Positions 1-10,647 of a stretch of DNA of 64,000 bases are shown in pieces. Numbering within the stretch: the first letter of the stretch is position 1; each line of letters begins with the position of its first letter. The stretch covers positions 62,001 to 126,000 of the forward strand of contig JAQGDQ010000476.1 in NCBI GenBank assembly GCA_030141605.1. Reading direction: 5' to 3'. The notes beneath the pieces are model-generated. The model did no database searches, was not told where the DNA came from, and saw only the letters and a list, made by a program, of their open reading frames with translations. Source of the DNA: Tubiluchus corallicola (Eukaryota > Animalia > Priapulida). The translations under genes and the position numbers were made by a program.

Positions 1-368
1 TTCAACAGAAAGTTAGAACCTATTCCAAACTACGACATTTCCTTCCTAGATATATAATTAATTATTACACTGTACTATTTTTTTTAAATCGAATGTCATT
101 TCATAAATTTTTAGAAGTTAAACATTACTATGTGCAATTCATAGTATGTAGTGAGCAAGATTATACTAAAGTCACATTCATGTCAAGATAAAATCCAGTG
201 TTGTAGTACCCACTAGCTGTGGTTTTGTTTTTCACATTTTTATGTTAGAGGTAGTTGTTTTGCATAACTATTATGCAATAAATTCTTATCTTTATATTAC
301 CATATTCTAATTATTGTATAAGTGGTGCAACTGTTTTGCATAGATACTTTGTTTACACCTTAATTGCA

Positions 369-1076
369 TGCTTTTACATTTTTTAAATGTTAAAAATTCT
401 CATGTAAATTTTGTATTTTGTATTAAATAACGAGTTCCACACCAGGACTCCAGCTTTCTGCACAAATTGGCGCTTAACACAGATACGAGTCAACTAACCA
501 AGAATACTATGTAGCACTGCTGTTTAGAGTTCAGCAAATGCCCTTTGGCTCTGAAAATATACCCTACCTTAGAACTGTACATGGCGAAAATTGTCTGATA
601 CACATGTTAGCATTTTTTGGTTTACTTATCGACTTGAAAGGTGTGCGTGTACACTGCAAAACCCTGTATGTAAACATTATCTTGTGAATATTATAATTAA
701 TCTGCAGTTTGAGAAGGAAGACCAACTGCACTATGTGCCTATCTACATTCCACTTTCATACAGTATTCCTGCACCAGTATGTATACACAAATACATGTGC
801 CACACCACAGATTATATGATTAATGTGGCTTGAGTGGCATATGTAGGTTGCAGGATAAACCCTGAAACACTTGGAAAAGAAGTCGGTTTGGTCAAAATTT
901 TGTTTATTTGCACTGGAATACAAAGAGGAAAATTTTGATAGAATTACTGCTTTTACATTTTTTAATGCTAAAATTTCTCATTTCAATTTTGTATTTTGCA
1001 TTAAATAACGAGTACCACACCAGGACACCACATTTCTGCATAAGTTGGCACTTAATACAGATACAAGTCAACTAAC
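369..1076 (+). repeat. Diverged 130-bp direct repeat (369-498 and 948-1076)
   Basis: TGCTTTTACATTTTTTAA...TAAATAACGAGT.CCACACCAGGAC...GTCAACTAAC in both copies, scattered substitutions. Confidence 0.85.
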
Positions 1077-1622
1077 AATGGTTGCTGCACTAATAATGGG
1101 TCACTAGCTGTCTTACGGGATTTAATACGTATAGTTAAAGTAGCACCGAACAAAGAACAGTTTTGATTCATTGTTAACTTGCACGACTATAGTTATAATA
1201 AAGAAATGCTAAATGACATGAACCACTAATCGGTTTGTTTAGTTTTGTTCTTTCTTAGACATTAGGCTAAAGGCTCTTAGGTATACAGGAAATTAGCAGC
1301 CTAATACATTTTACAGACTACTACAACTTTTACAAATTATTCAGAACAGCTAATTACTCCCAACAACAACAAACACATTTTAGCAAACACTATTATTACT
1401 GCATTACAAGGGTAACATGTTTTACTATATAGACAGTTTACAATTAGCACCTTCATGACTTAACCAGTGAAATAAGAAGTACATTTTTAAGAAGTTTCAA
1501 TAGCACTATGTAAACATGTGATCTAGTAAAAACGTTGTAACAACTGTAAAATCATTCTAAATTGTGGTATGTTTTATGTTGTTTTGCATGTCGAAAAAAA
1601 TCACGATTAGCCCTTACAGCAT

Positions 1623-1841
1623 TTAACATCCCTCGCCACTCATCATCTTTTTGGCGACTGTTACTGGTAGAGAACATCCTTTCCACAATATGTCCACCAA
1701 GTCGTGACAACTACAGCAGACACCACAGGGAGCTATCAGAACGTACCAGAATGCAATGAAGAAACCGACGGGCCATGCGATGATGATCAAAATAAAGAAC
1801 CAGATAATAGACCACAGCGGATTTCCTCCACCTGAACCCAT
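1623..1841 (-). CDS. Small Cys-rich membrane protein, copy 1 (72 aa, uncharacterised family)
   Basis: Intact ORF MGSGGGNPLWSIIWFFILIIIAWPVGFFIAFWYVLIAPCGVCCSC...KMMSGEGC; 62/72 aa identical to copy 2 with many synonymous differences; acceptor ttttttgcatgttag ends at 1859, 17 nt before the ATG. Confidence 0.85.
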   Translation of the reverse strand: MGSGGGNPLWSIIWFFILIIIAWPVGFFIAFWYVLIAPCGVCCSCHDLVDILWKGCSLPVTVAKKMMSGEGC

Positions 1842-2095
1842 ATTAGTATGCTGTTAACCTAACATGCAAAAAATAATCCATGCTAGGAAAATATGTTAGA
1901 TGTAGAAAATTACAGAGACTAAATATATCATGCAGTCATAAAATCTGTTAGCTAATAACACATGCAATAACACGATTAATTAAACACAAATAACATGCGG
2001 CAGGATTGTGTTCTAGTCTTTCTATACATTCATGCAGGCCAAATAATCCAGCATTTGTAACCAAAAACTGTGTATTTGACGTGGACATTTTAAAC

Positions 2096-2314
2096 TTAAC
2101 ATCCTTCTCCATTCATCATTTTCTTCGCCACGGTCACTGGCAAGGAGACGCCCTTCTGTAAAATGTTCACCAAGTCATCGCAGCTGCAGCACACGCCACA
2201 TGGAGCGATCAGAACGTACCAGAATGATATAAAGAACCCAACAGGCCACGCGATGATGATCAAAACCAGGAACCAGATAATAGACCAAAGAATATTCCCT
2301 CCGCCGGCACCCAT
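2096..2314 (-). CDS. Small Cys-rich membrane protein, copy 2 (72 aa)
   Basis: Intact ORF MGAGGGNILWSIIWFLVLIIIAWPVGFF...KMMNGEGC; paralog of copies 1, 3, 4; acceptor ttttgcatgacag ends at 2342, 27 nt before the ATG. Confidence 0.85.
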   Translation of the reverse strand: MGAGGGNILWSIIWFLVLIIIAWPVGFFISFWYVLIAPCGVCCSCDDLVNILQKGVSLPVTVAKKMMNGEGC

Positions 2315-2695
2315 ATTGTTAACAAGATGATGTCAATTAACCTGTCATGCAAAATAAAAACCATGCAGAAAAATAAAAACTGAAATTATACAGCAGCTGC
2401 CAAAATGCTTGGTCCTAGTGATTAAAAACACATTACAGAAAAAAATCCTTCAACAAGGTGTCTGGAAAGAAAAAAATCTGTCTAATAAAACTGTTAGCAA
2501 AATAATGAAAATGTTTGCTTAAGAAAGTAGTGAAGTGCATGATAATATGCATCTGCCAGGTGTAATATACACATGAACTTATTAGCTACCTTAGTAACAA
2601 AAGTTGATGCTTAGATCAGGTTTTTTCATCTTAACTTACTGTACCAAAATACTAAACAGGTGAGATAAACATAAAGCCAGCAACTTGTAAAGCAT

Positions 2696-4159
2696 CCTTA
2701 TCATAAGTGATCAATGAATGTCAAATTTCAGCCGCTTAATCGAAGCATTTTAATATCATTATTGAGCTCTATAATCTAGAGTGTATCCTGATGCCTTGCC
2801 TTCTCATTGTAGAGTATGATTATTAATACTGTATAGTAATAACTGATTATTATTAATTGCATAATGTGTAAATAATTTAAAGTATTAAATTATAAAATGA
2901 AATAATTACTAACATTAATTTGGTAACTATTATGTTTACCCGTCTGCTGTATTATTAAGACTAAATGACAGTTGGAGTTGTGTTTGGAAATTTGTGCAAA
3001 ATTTTTTTAATTTTAGTGCACAAGGAGAATGCGAAAGTGCAGATTTACTTTACAACAGAACAGCCTTCTGTATAAAAAGTAGAAGCTGAAATAAAAGAAT
3101 AAATAATAAGTCTCTGGTAGCTGAAATAAATAAAAAACTACAGCAATAGTACTAGTTATTAGTTATGTAATGGAGTTGCTCTACTGAAATCGAATAGATG
3201 TGATGCCTAAAGTGTAGCATGCAGAACCAGGACGATGAATGTGACAAACTAAGTATTTCATGCATTAGAGAAAGGCCACCTGTGAACTTTAAAGACTGTT
3301 GATTAATATTTTCATCCAGGTGGCCTTTCTCTAATGCATGAAACTCCTGGACTGTCACATTCATCGTCCTATTCTCCACATGTAACATCACATATTCGAT
3401 TCATTAATTAATAACTAGTACTATTGCTGTAGTTTATTTATTTCAGCTACCAAGTATTATTTATTCTTTTATTTCAGCTTCTAAGAAAGGCTGTTGCTTT
3501 CATTCTCCTTGTGCACTAGAACAAAAAAATTTGCAAATTCAAACACAATAACTGTCATTTGAGTTAATAATACAGCAGACGGGATTATATAATAATTACC
3601 AAGAATTAATGTTATTATTTCATTTTATAATTTAATGCTTTAGATCCAATTTGCGATATACAATTAATAATAATCAGTTATTACTACCAGTATTAATAAT
3701 CATACCTACAATGAAGGCATCGGGAATACACTCTAGACATAGAGCTCAACGATAAGCATGTGAAAATTTGACATTCATTGATCACTAAGGACAAGACTAA
3801 ATGACAGTTGGAGTTGTGTTTGGAAATTTGTGCAAAATTTTTTTAATTTTAGTGCACAAGGAGAATGCGAAAGTGCAGATTTACTTTACAACAGAACAGC
3901 CTTCTGTATAAAAAGTAGAAGCTGAAATAAAAGAATAAATAATAAGTCTCTGGTAGCTGAAATAAATAAAAAACTACAGCAATAGTACTAGTTATTAGTT
4001 ATGTAATGGAGTTGCTCTACTGAAATCGAATAGATGTGATGCCTAAAGTGTAGCATGCAGAACCAGGACGATGAATGTGACAAACTAAGTATTTCATGCA
4101 TTAGAGAAAGGCCACCTGTGAACTTTAAAGACTGTTGATTAATATTTTCATCCAGGTGG
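2696..4159. repeat. Fold-back inverted duplication plus identical 367-bp direct repeat
   Basis: 3317-3792 is a deletion-ridden reverse complement of about 2696-3282; 2957-3323 and 3793-4159 are identical as far as I can read. Confidence 0.9.
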
Positions 4160-5352
4160 AGCTGAAGTAAACGAAGTGTTACAACACAAGTGTGTAGAGT
4201 TTGCATTTCATGAAAAGTCAAATCTATGCTGCAAAGCATACTGGAAGGATTTTAGGCAGATGAAGTACCATCACTAAGTGTTTATAAAACGAAGATGCCT
4301 CTAATACACACTGCTTTACATGTACAACAATTTCATTTACATAATTTTGGATGATACGCAGTAGTCTCAATACATCGTACACACACACCGTTTGCATTAG
4401 TATAAGCTACAAAATATAATCATACAATTATTATTAATGTTTACTAGACATACAACACCAAAACACTGAATATATAAAAACAATGATTAAAAAACCCTCA
4501 CAGGAATAACTTGGCCATTTTCATTCCTAATAAACTTGAGTCATAACCTCCATAACACAAAATTTTATAAAAAATGCAATTATAAGACCAATAAAAATGT
4601 AATAACGCATAATTATGCATAAATAACACCTGTGACAAACTCTAAAAAGTTTAACAAGAAAAATGCATTTAGCTCATTGGCAAATTTTCAAGTATAAAAT
4701 AAATTTTCATTTATACTTTTCTTTATTAAACGAATAAATGATTGTTTTTAGGATGGGCTCGCTTTGTGCACATATTTATATAAAAATTTAAACTTGTAAC
4801 ATTGTTTCCACTGAATAAGTTACAAACGTATAAAAAATATAAAATCTGAGATTCCTTGATACAGAAAAACAGCAACAATTTTTTCTCGAATCACGACAGA
4901 AGTAGGACAGCAACATTTTAGGGCAAATATTTATAAAAATAGATAAAAGTGTGCAGCATTAACTTAGTTGGAATAAAATGAGAATTTTGACTGAATCACT
5001 AATTAAGTGCAGTTGAAAATCACAAAACTTTCACAAGAGCTACGTAAACTAATTTGTGGCATACAACTACACAATGCTGGAAATCTGTTAATTGCTTTTA
5101 CAGCTTATTATTTTTTCTCTCAAGATTAGGCACACAATCGTAGAAAAATTAGAGTGCCCATATATTATTGCGTAAAAAATAATACTGTAGTACCTAAACT
5201 CCTGGAAGCCATTTCAATCATAGCTGCAAAGCATCAAAGCTTTTTTATTTTTACTCTTACAGTGATATGGAAAAAACAAACAGCAGGACTTTCAGCATTT
5301 TACAAGCACAAACATACACCCAGCACACAACGATGCGAGAGTAAAATACCCT

Positions 5353-5571
5353 TTAGCACATTGATTTGTTGCTCATCATATTTGTAGCACAAGTTAGGGG
5401 CAGCTGGACCCCCTTGTGCAGCACATCGATGAAGCCAGAACAGCCCCCACAACAAGCTTGGAATGGGGAGAAAAGCACGTACAGGACACCACAAAGAAAC
5501 CCCAGTGGCCAGCCTATACAAATAAGAATGAGAAACCAGAGAAGTCCCCAAAACCATCCACAGTCTGCCAT
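5353..5571 (-). CDS. Small Cys-rich membrane protein, copy 3 (72 aa)
   Basis: ORF MADCGWFWGLLWFLILICIGWPLGFLCGVLYVLFSPFQACCGGC...LPLTCATNMMSNKSMC; same WF..WP..Y..P..CC..K..LP.T.A..M pattern; acceptor ttttctctttcag ends at 5573, 1 nt before the ATG. Confidence 0.85.
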   Translation of the reverse strand: MADCGWFWGLLWFLILICIGWPLGFLCGVLYVLFSPFQACCGGCSGFIDVLHKGVQLPLTCATNMMSNKSMC

Positions 5572-8500
5572 TCTGAAAGAGAAAAATCCTGATCATTATT
5601 ATTTTATTAAGTACAAACAACTGCCACCGCAAGAACAATTTTTTACTTTTAGTAGATTTTTCTTTTTAAGATAACAATGATAAATTGCTACTGAAAACAG
5701 CTTGCGATTGTTGCAGTTTAATTACATAATTATACGACACACTATGACGCTAATGACTTCCCCGATATTTTATTTTTATATGGAGGACACAGAATCAGTA
5801 AATGTTTTGCGTACTGGGTCGTTAACATTATACAATTGTGACAAAATGCCAACAATTATTTAAGGATATGGCTTTGGTTTGTAATACTAACTATATAAAA
5901 ATTATCCCAAAGTAAGAATCAAAATGATAAAAGTAGGTCAGTACTTGCCGTTTGGGAAGGCTTGCCTGCAACAAAGGTATGAAATTTTTAAGCTAATGTT
6001 ATATAATTAGTGTACAGCTATACTCAGCACTTCCTGAGAACAGGAATTTTGGGATTACACATACCCAACTGATGTCCCCACATATAATTATAGACACAAT
6101 TTAGCTGTATTTTCCTAGAATTGACATTGTTAGCTACACAACAGACCACACCTGTCAATCATTTAAATGGGATGAGAAAATAACACTGAATACAAAAGTC
6201 ATGTACAGTGCATTGGTTTTAAATCTACATAGGCCTACGTTACAACTTAAGGTACCAACCTATTTTACACATACTGTACAAGAAATACTACAGCTATAAT
6301 GACAAACCTAATCAGCATAATCATGACAAACGCCATTGAATAAGATGTTATAACACCAAGCTAGACCCTCCCATAGATGCATTTATAGAATGACACCAAA
6401 AAACCTAATTGCAACATTTTAATAATATGTATGTATGGTCACCGATGCATTTTGATTGAGTCAAACTTTTACAAACACATCTCGTAAGTTGGCAACTATG
6501 AAATTAATTTTCTATCAAATTTGATGCCTGCATGTGAGTCACAAGCACAGATTCTAATCCAAAATCAACACATTATTTAATCCTGGTAAAACTATGACTT
6601 TCCCTTTTTTCTGGTCAAGCGTTGGGAAAAATATATTTGACATTTTTGTTTTAGCATAATTCCAGATTCAACCCAGTTGCATAAGCATAACTATACTTTT
6701 TTCCTAGTACCCCTATCATTCAAAATGTCAAAATAAAAGTTTTGCAGCCCATGGATGTTCTAAAAGTTTTAAAATCAGTTACGAAACTGTCACAGTTTGC
6801 TTCTTTATGCTGGCAAAAGTGTCTGGTAAACGTAATGAATTAATTTGCATTATGCATTACTTTGGTGCCTTTCTTCCAGAATAAACCACAAGCCTCCTGC
6901 CACTATAGGGCTTTAGGGTGCACATGCTTATATTATTGATTCAACCTTTCCAGTCTATGCTACATGATGTTCCTTTTTATAATGGCATGGGAGCTATAAA
7001 AATTCAACTATTTAGGCAGTAAAAATCATCGCCAAGTTATTTATAAACTGTGGGTGAAGCGAACAGAAATCATGGTAAAACTACACCAATGTTTAGAAAC
7101 CCAGCAAGGGACTAAGACGTCATAAAGCCAAGCATGGCAGCTGAAATAACAGATGCGGACTATTACTCACACACACACACACACACACACTCGTAGTGAG
7201 AACCTAGAAAATCAGTCCAAATGGAAACATAATGCTGGTTTTGTATAGTACGCAGACTTAACGTGAACGTGCCCTTATTTATAAATTTAAATTACAGTCC
7301 TTAAAATATGTGACCATGGAAATGTTAATTTCTTTGCATGCTGACTGTGTATGTTAGACTATGTTTGCATGTCAGAGTACTCTTTTAGAAAAAACTACAG
7401 TGATAATTTAACAATGCACAAATTAGTCAAACAGTGGGTACTACAAACTTAAATTACACTATAAAAACAGTATGGTGAATTGGTGTTTGTTTTGATAATA
7501 CGTGTATAAAATTGTAGTTGTTTTAAAAGTATTAGTTTCCATATTTTTCATACACTTTAGCACACTGCAGGAATTTAGCAATCAAAGACAGGGCCTACTT
7601 GAGGTGTTTGTGGGTCCTGGGTTCACTAGCAAAGATATGTCTCTGAGATAAGCTGCTGATACAGACGTGACTTATACAGCAGTGACTGTACGGGTAAATT
7701 GTTTTAAGTATGATTAATAATGCTATGTTATAAAAGGTCATGAAACAAAAAGAAATAATTGTTTTTGTAACAGTGGTGGAAGTGCTTTAATCTGAATAAA
7801 TAATTTACACTAAATGGAAAAAATTATCAGTAAAAAATAAAACAAGAATCATAGGACAAGGGAAACAAAAGAAAATGCTCGTTGTGTTTTGATCAGAAAG
7901 ACTAATTAACATATAACTAACTGAAATATCTATCTATCTTGTTTTTGAATAAATTATAATTTTAGATCTAATTACTTAGCTCTAGTCGCTAGTATCTCCT
8001 ACACATTTTTCTAAAATCAACATTCCATCTACACCAATTATATACTATTAAAATACCTCGACTGATAAATACACTTTTAGACATATACATTTCAATCAAC
8101 TCTACAAACAAGTTTAAGTTATAACACAGGTGTATAACCTAAAGTTAAACATACCCATTTTAAATCTACACCAACTACACACTAAAGACTAAATAAAACT
8201 TTTATTCTACATTTAAAATGAATAAATAACATTCACTAACTTAAAAAATGTTAAACTTTTCTTTGCTTTGAGCACAATGATACATAAAAAATACTGTAAA
8301 TTTATGTGCATCTAATATAAAAATATAAAAATAACAAACAAGACAAAACAACAGGAAGTAGATCACAGTCATTAAAAAACGACAAAATATAACTTAAAAT
8401 CTAAACACTTGTTAGGCAGCTATTAGCAAGACCACCGAACTACATGCTACATCTAATCTGAAATGTCAGTTCGTAGAGATATATGAAAATAAATGGGAAT

Positions 8501-9525
8501 GTACTAAACAGGCAATACTGAGTGCAGTTACAAGCAAAAAACTGCACTAAACTACAGGGAATGAGGTATATAGGCATGAAATACATCTATCTGCATAGGT
8601 ACGACTTCAAGGCCCAATTTTCACTCTGTTAGTTTTGCCCATTCAATCAACTCTGCTAAAAAACAATTTGATCTCTGTGTTCCAAATACACATATGGGAT
8701 CTGGTTGCAAAAAAATTGTCTTGGTCTAAGATTGAAATTATACTTTTTGATGTTAACTATGATCTCACTATGAAACCAATTTTTATGCAATGTTTGCACC
8801 TGGGCAGCAACCTGAATTGCTAGTCAGTTCTAAGCGGTCACTGCAGAAGTCAGAACGACTACTTCAAGAGGTACCACATTCAGCAAAGAAGTGATGTTAG
8901 GCAAAAGAAGATGAAGAATCAGCATTTTATTGCCAAAAAGTTAAGGCGATTTGCTAGGACAGTCTGAGAACATAAGGCTAAAAAATGCAATAAAATTTGT
9001 TAGACGGTTAGCAAAAAAAAACCGTTGAGATAAAAATAAAGTGCAGATTAAGATGCTCATTAGTCATCAAACTAATATATGATGTAAAACAAATGCCATT
9101 TTCTGAACTATATTTGTCATGGAACCAGAACTGATTTAAAGCCAAACTGCACACAGATAAAATAAAAAACATGCAGTACATGCACACAAATTAGAAAGTT
9201 TTTGCACAATAAAAGTTAAGGTTGCTGTAGTATGTCTTTAAAGCCATGCTTGACTTCTAGAAGGAAATGTGTTTAAAAAGCCCAAAACTAAAAAAATTTC
9301 TGATGAACTGAAAACCCCAGCAAAGCATTTGTTTGAGAATCAGACCAGACAAGGGTCTACGGTTATTTGAAATGTACCTGCATTTCACTCGCCAAATATA
9401 AGGTTAAGTACTTATAATTGAAATCCAAGACACAATCTAATAAGGGTATCTTAATTTACCATGTGAAAATGGATTCAGTATTTCTGCAAAGCAAACTTCC
9501 ATTTATATTTCTAACCTAAGACAAA

Positions 9526-9816
9526 CTAACCCCTGCGACTAGTTAGCTGACTATGGCGACTAGCTTGTACAGTAGCAGGAGTAGCTCTCGGATCAGCTTT
9601 ACGACAACAAGGCTTGTTTATCACCATGTTTGTAGCGAAGGTAAGCGGAAGGTCTGCGACTTTTTTTAAATTTTCGCAACAACACTCACAACCGCCACAG
9701 CACGCTTGGAAAGGAGACAGGATGGCATAGATAAGACTACACACAATTGATAACGGCCAGGAGATGATAAAGGCGATAAACCACAAGACTCCCCACAACC
9801 AACCACAACCTGCCAT
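9526..9816 (-). CDS. Small Cys-rich membrane protein, copy 4 (96 aa, C-terminal extension)
   Basis: Real start inferred at MAGCGWLWGVLWF (9816), directly after acceptor tttgttgcag; the 37 upstream codons of the ORF-track call are intronic. Shares SPFQACCGGC and LPLT.ATNM with copy 3. The 3' end could be spliced (G|GTTAGT overlaps the stop). Confidence 0.8.
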   Translation of the reverse strand: MAGCGWLWGVLWFIAFIISWPLSIVCSLIYAILSPFQACCGGCECCCENLKKVADLPLTFATNMVINKPCCRKADPRATPATVQASRHSQLTSRRG

Positions 9817-10613
9817 CTGCAACAAATGCATTTCCAAGTTAGCTGCTACATGGTGGCAGAAAAAGTTGGACAATGTATAATGTATATACTCAACTAGACA
9901 ACTACTTATCATAAACTTTTTGGTCATACCAATTTTCTTTTTATGTTCACTTGTAAAAACTGGACTAAGCAGGTCTTATGATCAAGTTTTATAATGAAAA
10001 TTAAAGCTTCCTAACCAGTTTAATGTATTATTGCTTTTGTGCATTTCTTAGTTTCAGACTATGCTTCAATTTCACTGTAAGTTTACTTGAAAAATCGATA
10101 AAGCAAATGTTCAACAGCAGGAAATTTAAGCTACAGCCTTTGGTGAAACGGTGGCTCACATTTTAGGTTGTCAGAACTTTGAATTGTGTATTTTCAGTTT
10201 CTGTTTCACCAAACACTATACATCACATTACTTACAATGGTATCATGCAGCAGACATATAAACTACAATTTTTACTGTTTTGGGACTATCAGTGCTTGAA
10301 ATGTACCTATGAAACAGTTTTTAAATTTTATGGTCAGTTTCAAGTTCTTGCACTTAAGCAAGCATCTGTTAAAATTTTTTAATACTCAAGACAAAGTCAA
10401 AACTAGGCCTTAACTACTTTACTTGACTAGTTAAACCAAATTAAACCATTACTGTTAAGTGTATAAATAAACTCACATGGGTGAAACTTGGTTAACAAAA
10501 AGCAGGGCAATACATTACATTTTTTGTAAACTTAATATTACATTTCAAATCTAAATGTTGTAATAATTAAACAGTTGTTAACAAAATTGTTTTAAGTAAA
10601 TTTATAATCATAC

Positions 10614-10647
10614 CTTAATCTTCCAGTAAACTGTGAAATGACTTCAA
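10614..10647 (-). other. Candidate 34-nt non-coding leader exon of the small-protein locus
   Basis: Bounded on the minus strand by acceptor tatttgcag and donor AAG|GTATGA; no ATG inside. Further donors at 11030 (ACG|GTAATA) and 11059 (CAT|GTAAGT) suggest a first exon near 11.03-11.15 kb. Confidence 0.45.

Noticed and set aside
3166-3186. TGTAATGGAGTTGCTCT resembling mature miR-281
   Set aside because: Mismatch falls in the seed and no complementary arm forms a pre-miRNA hairpin.
3152-4239. Two ORFs sharing an identical C-terminus (HLDENINQQSLK...)
   Set aside because: By-product of the 367-bp exact duplication; no recognisable domain.
5300-5674. 112-aa (-) and 102-aa (+) ORFs overlapping copy 3
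   Set aside because: Alternative-frame and antisense shadows of the conserved 72-aa ORF.
6860-7140. Possible fifth, decayed copy of the small protein (AWLYDVLVP; GGLWFIL fragments on the minus strand)
   Set aside because: Fragments are short, in the wrong order and interrupted by stops; cannot be told from chance.
9817-9927. N-terminal 37 aa of the 133-aa ORF call
   Set aside because: No similarity to paralogs; ends in a canonical acceptor directly before the conserved MAGCGW start, so it is intronic.
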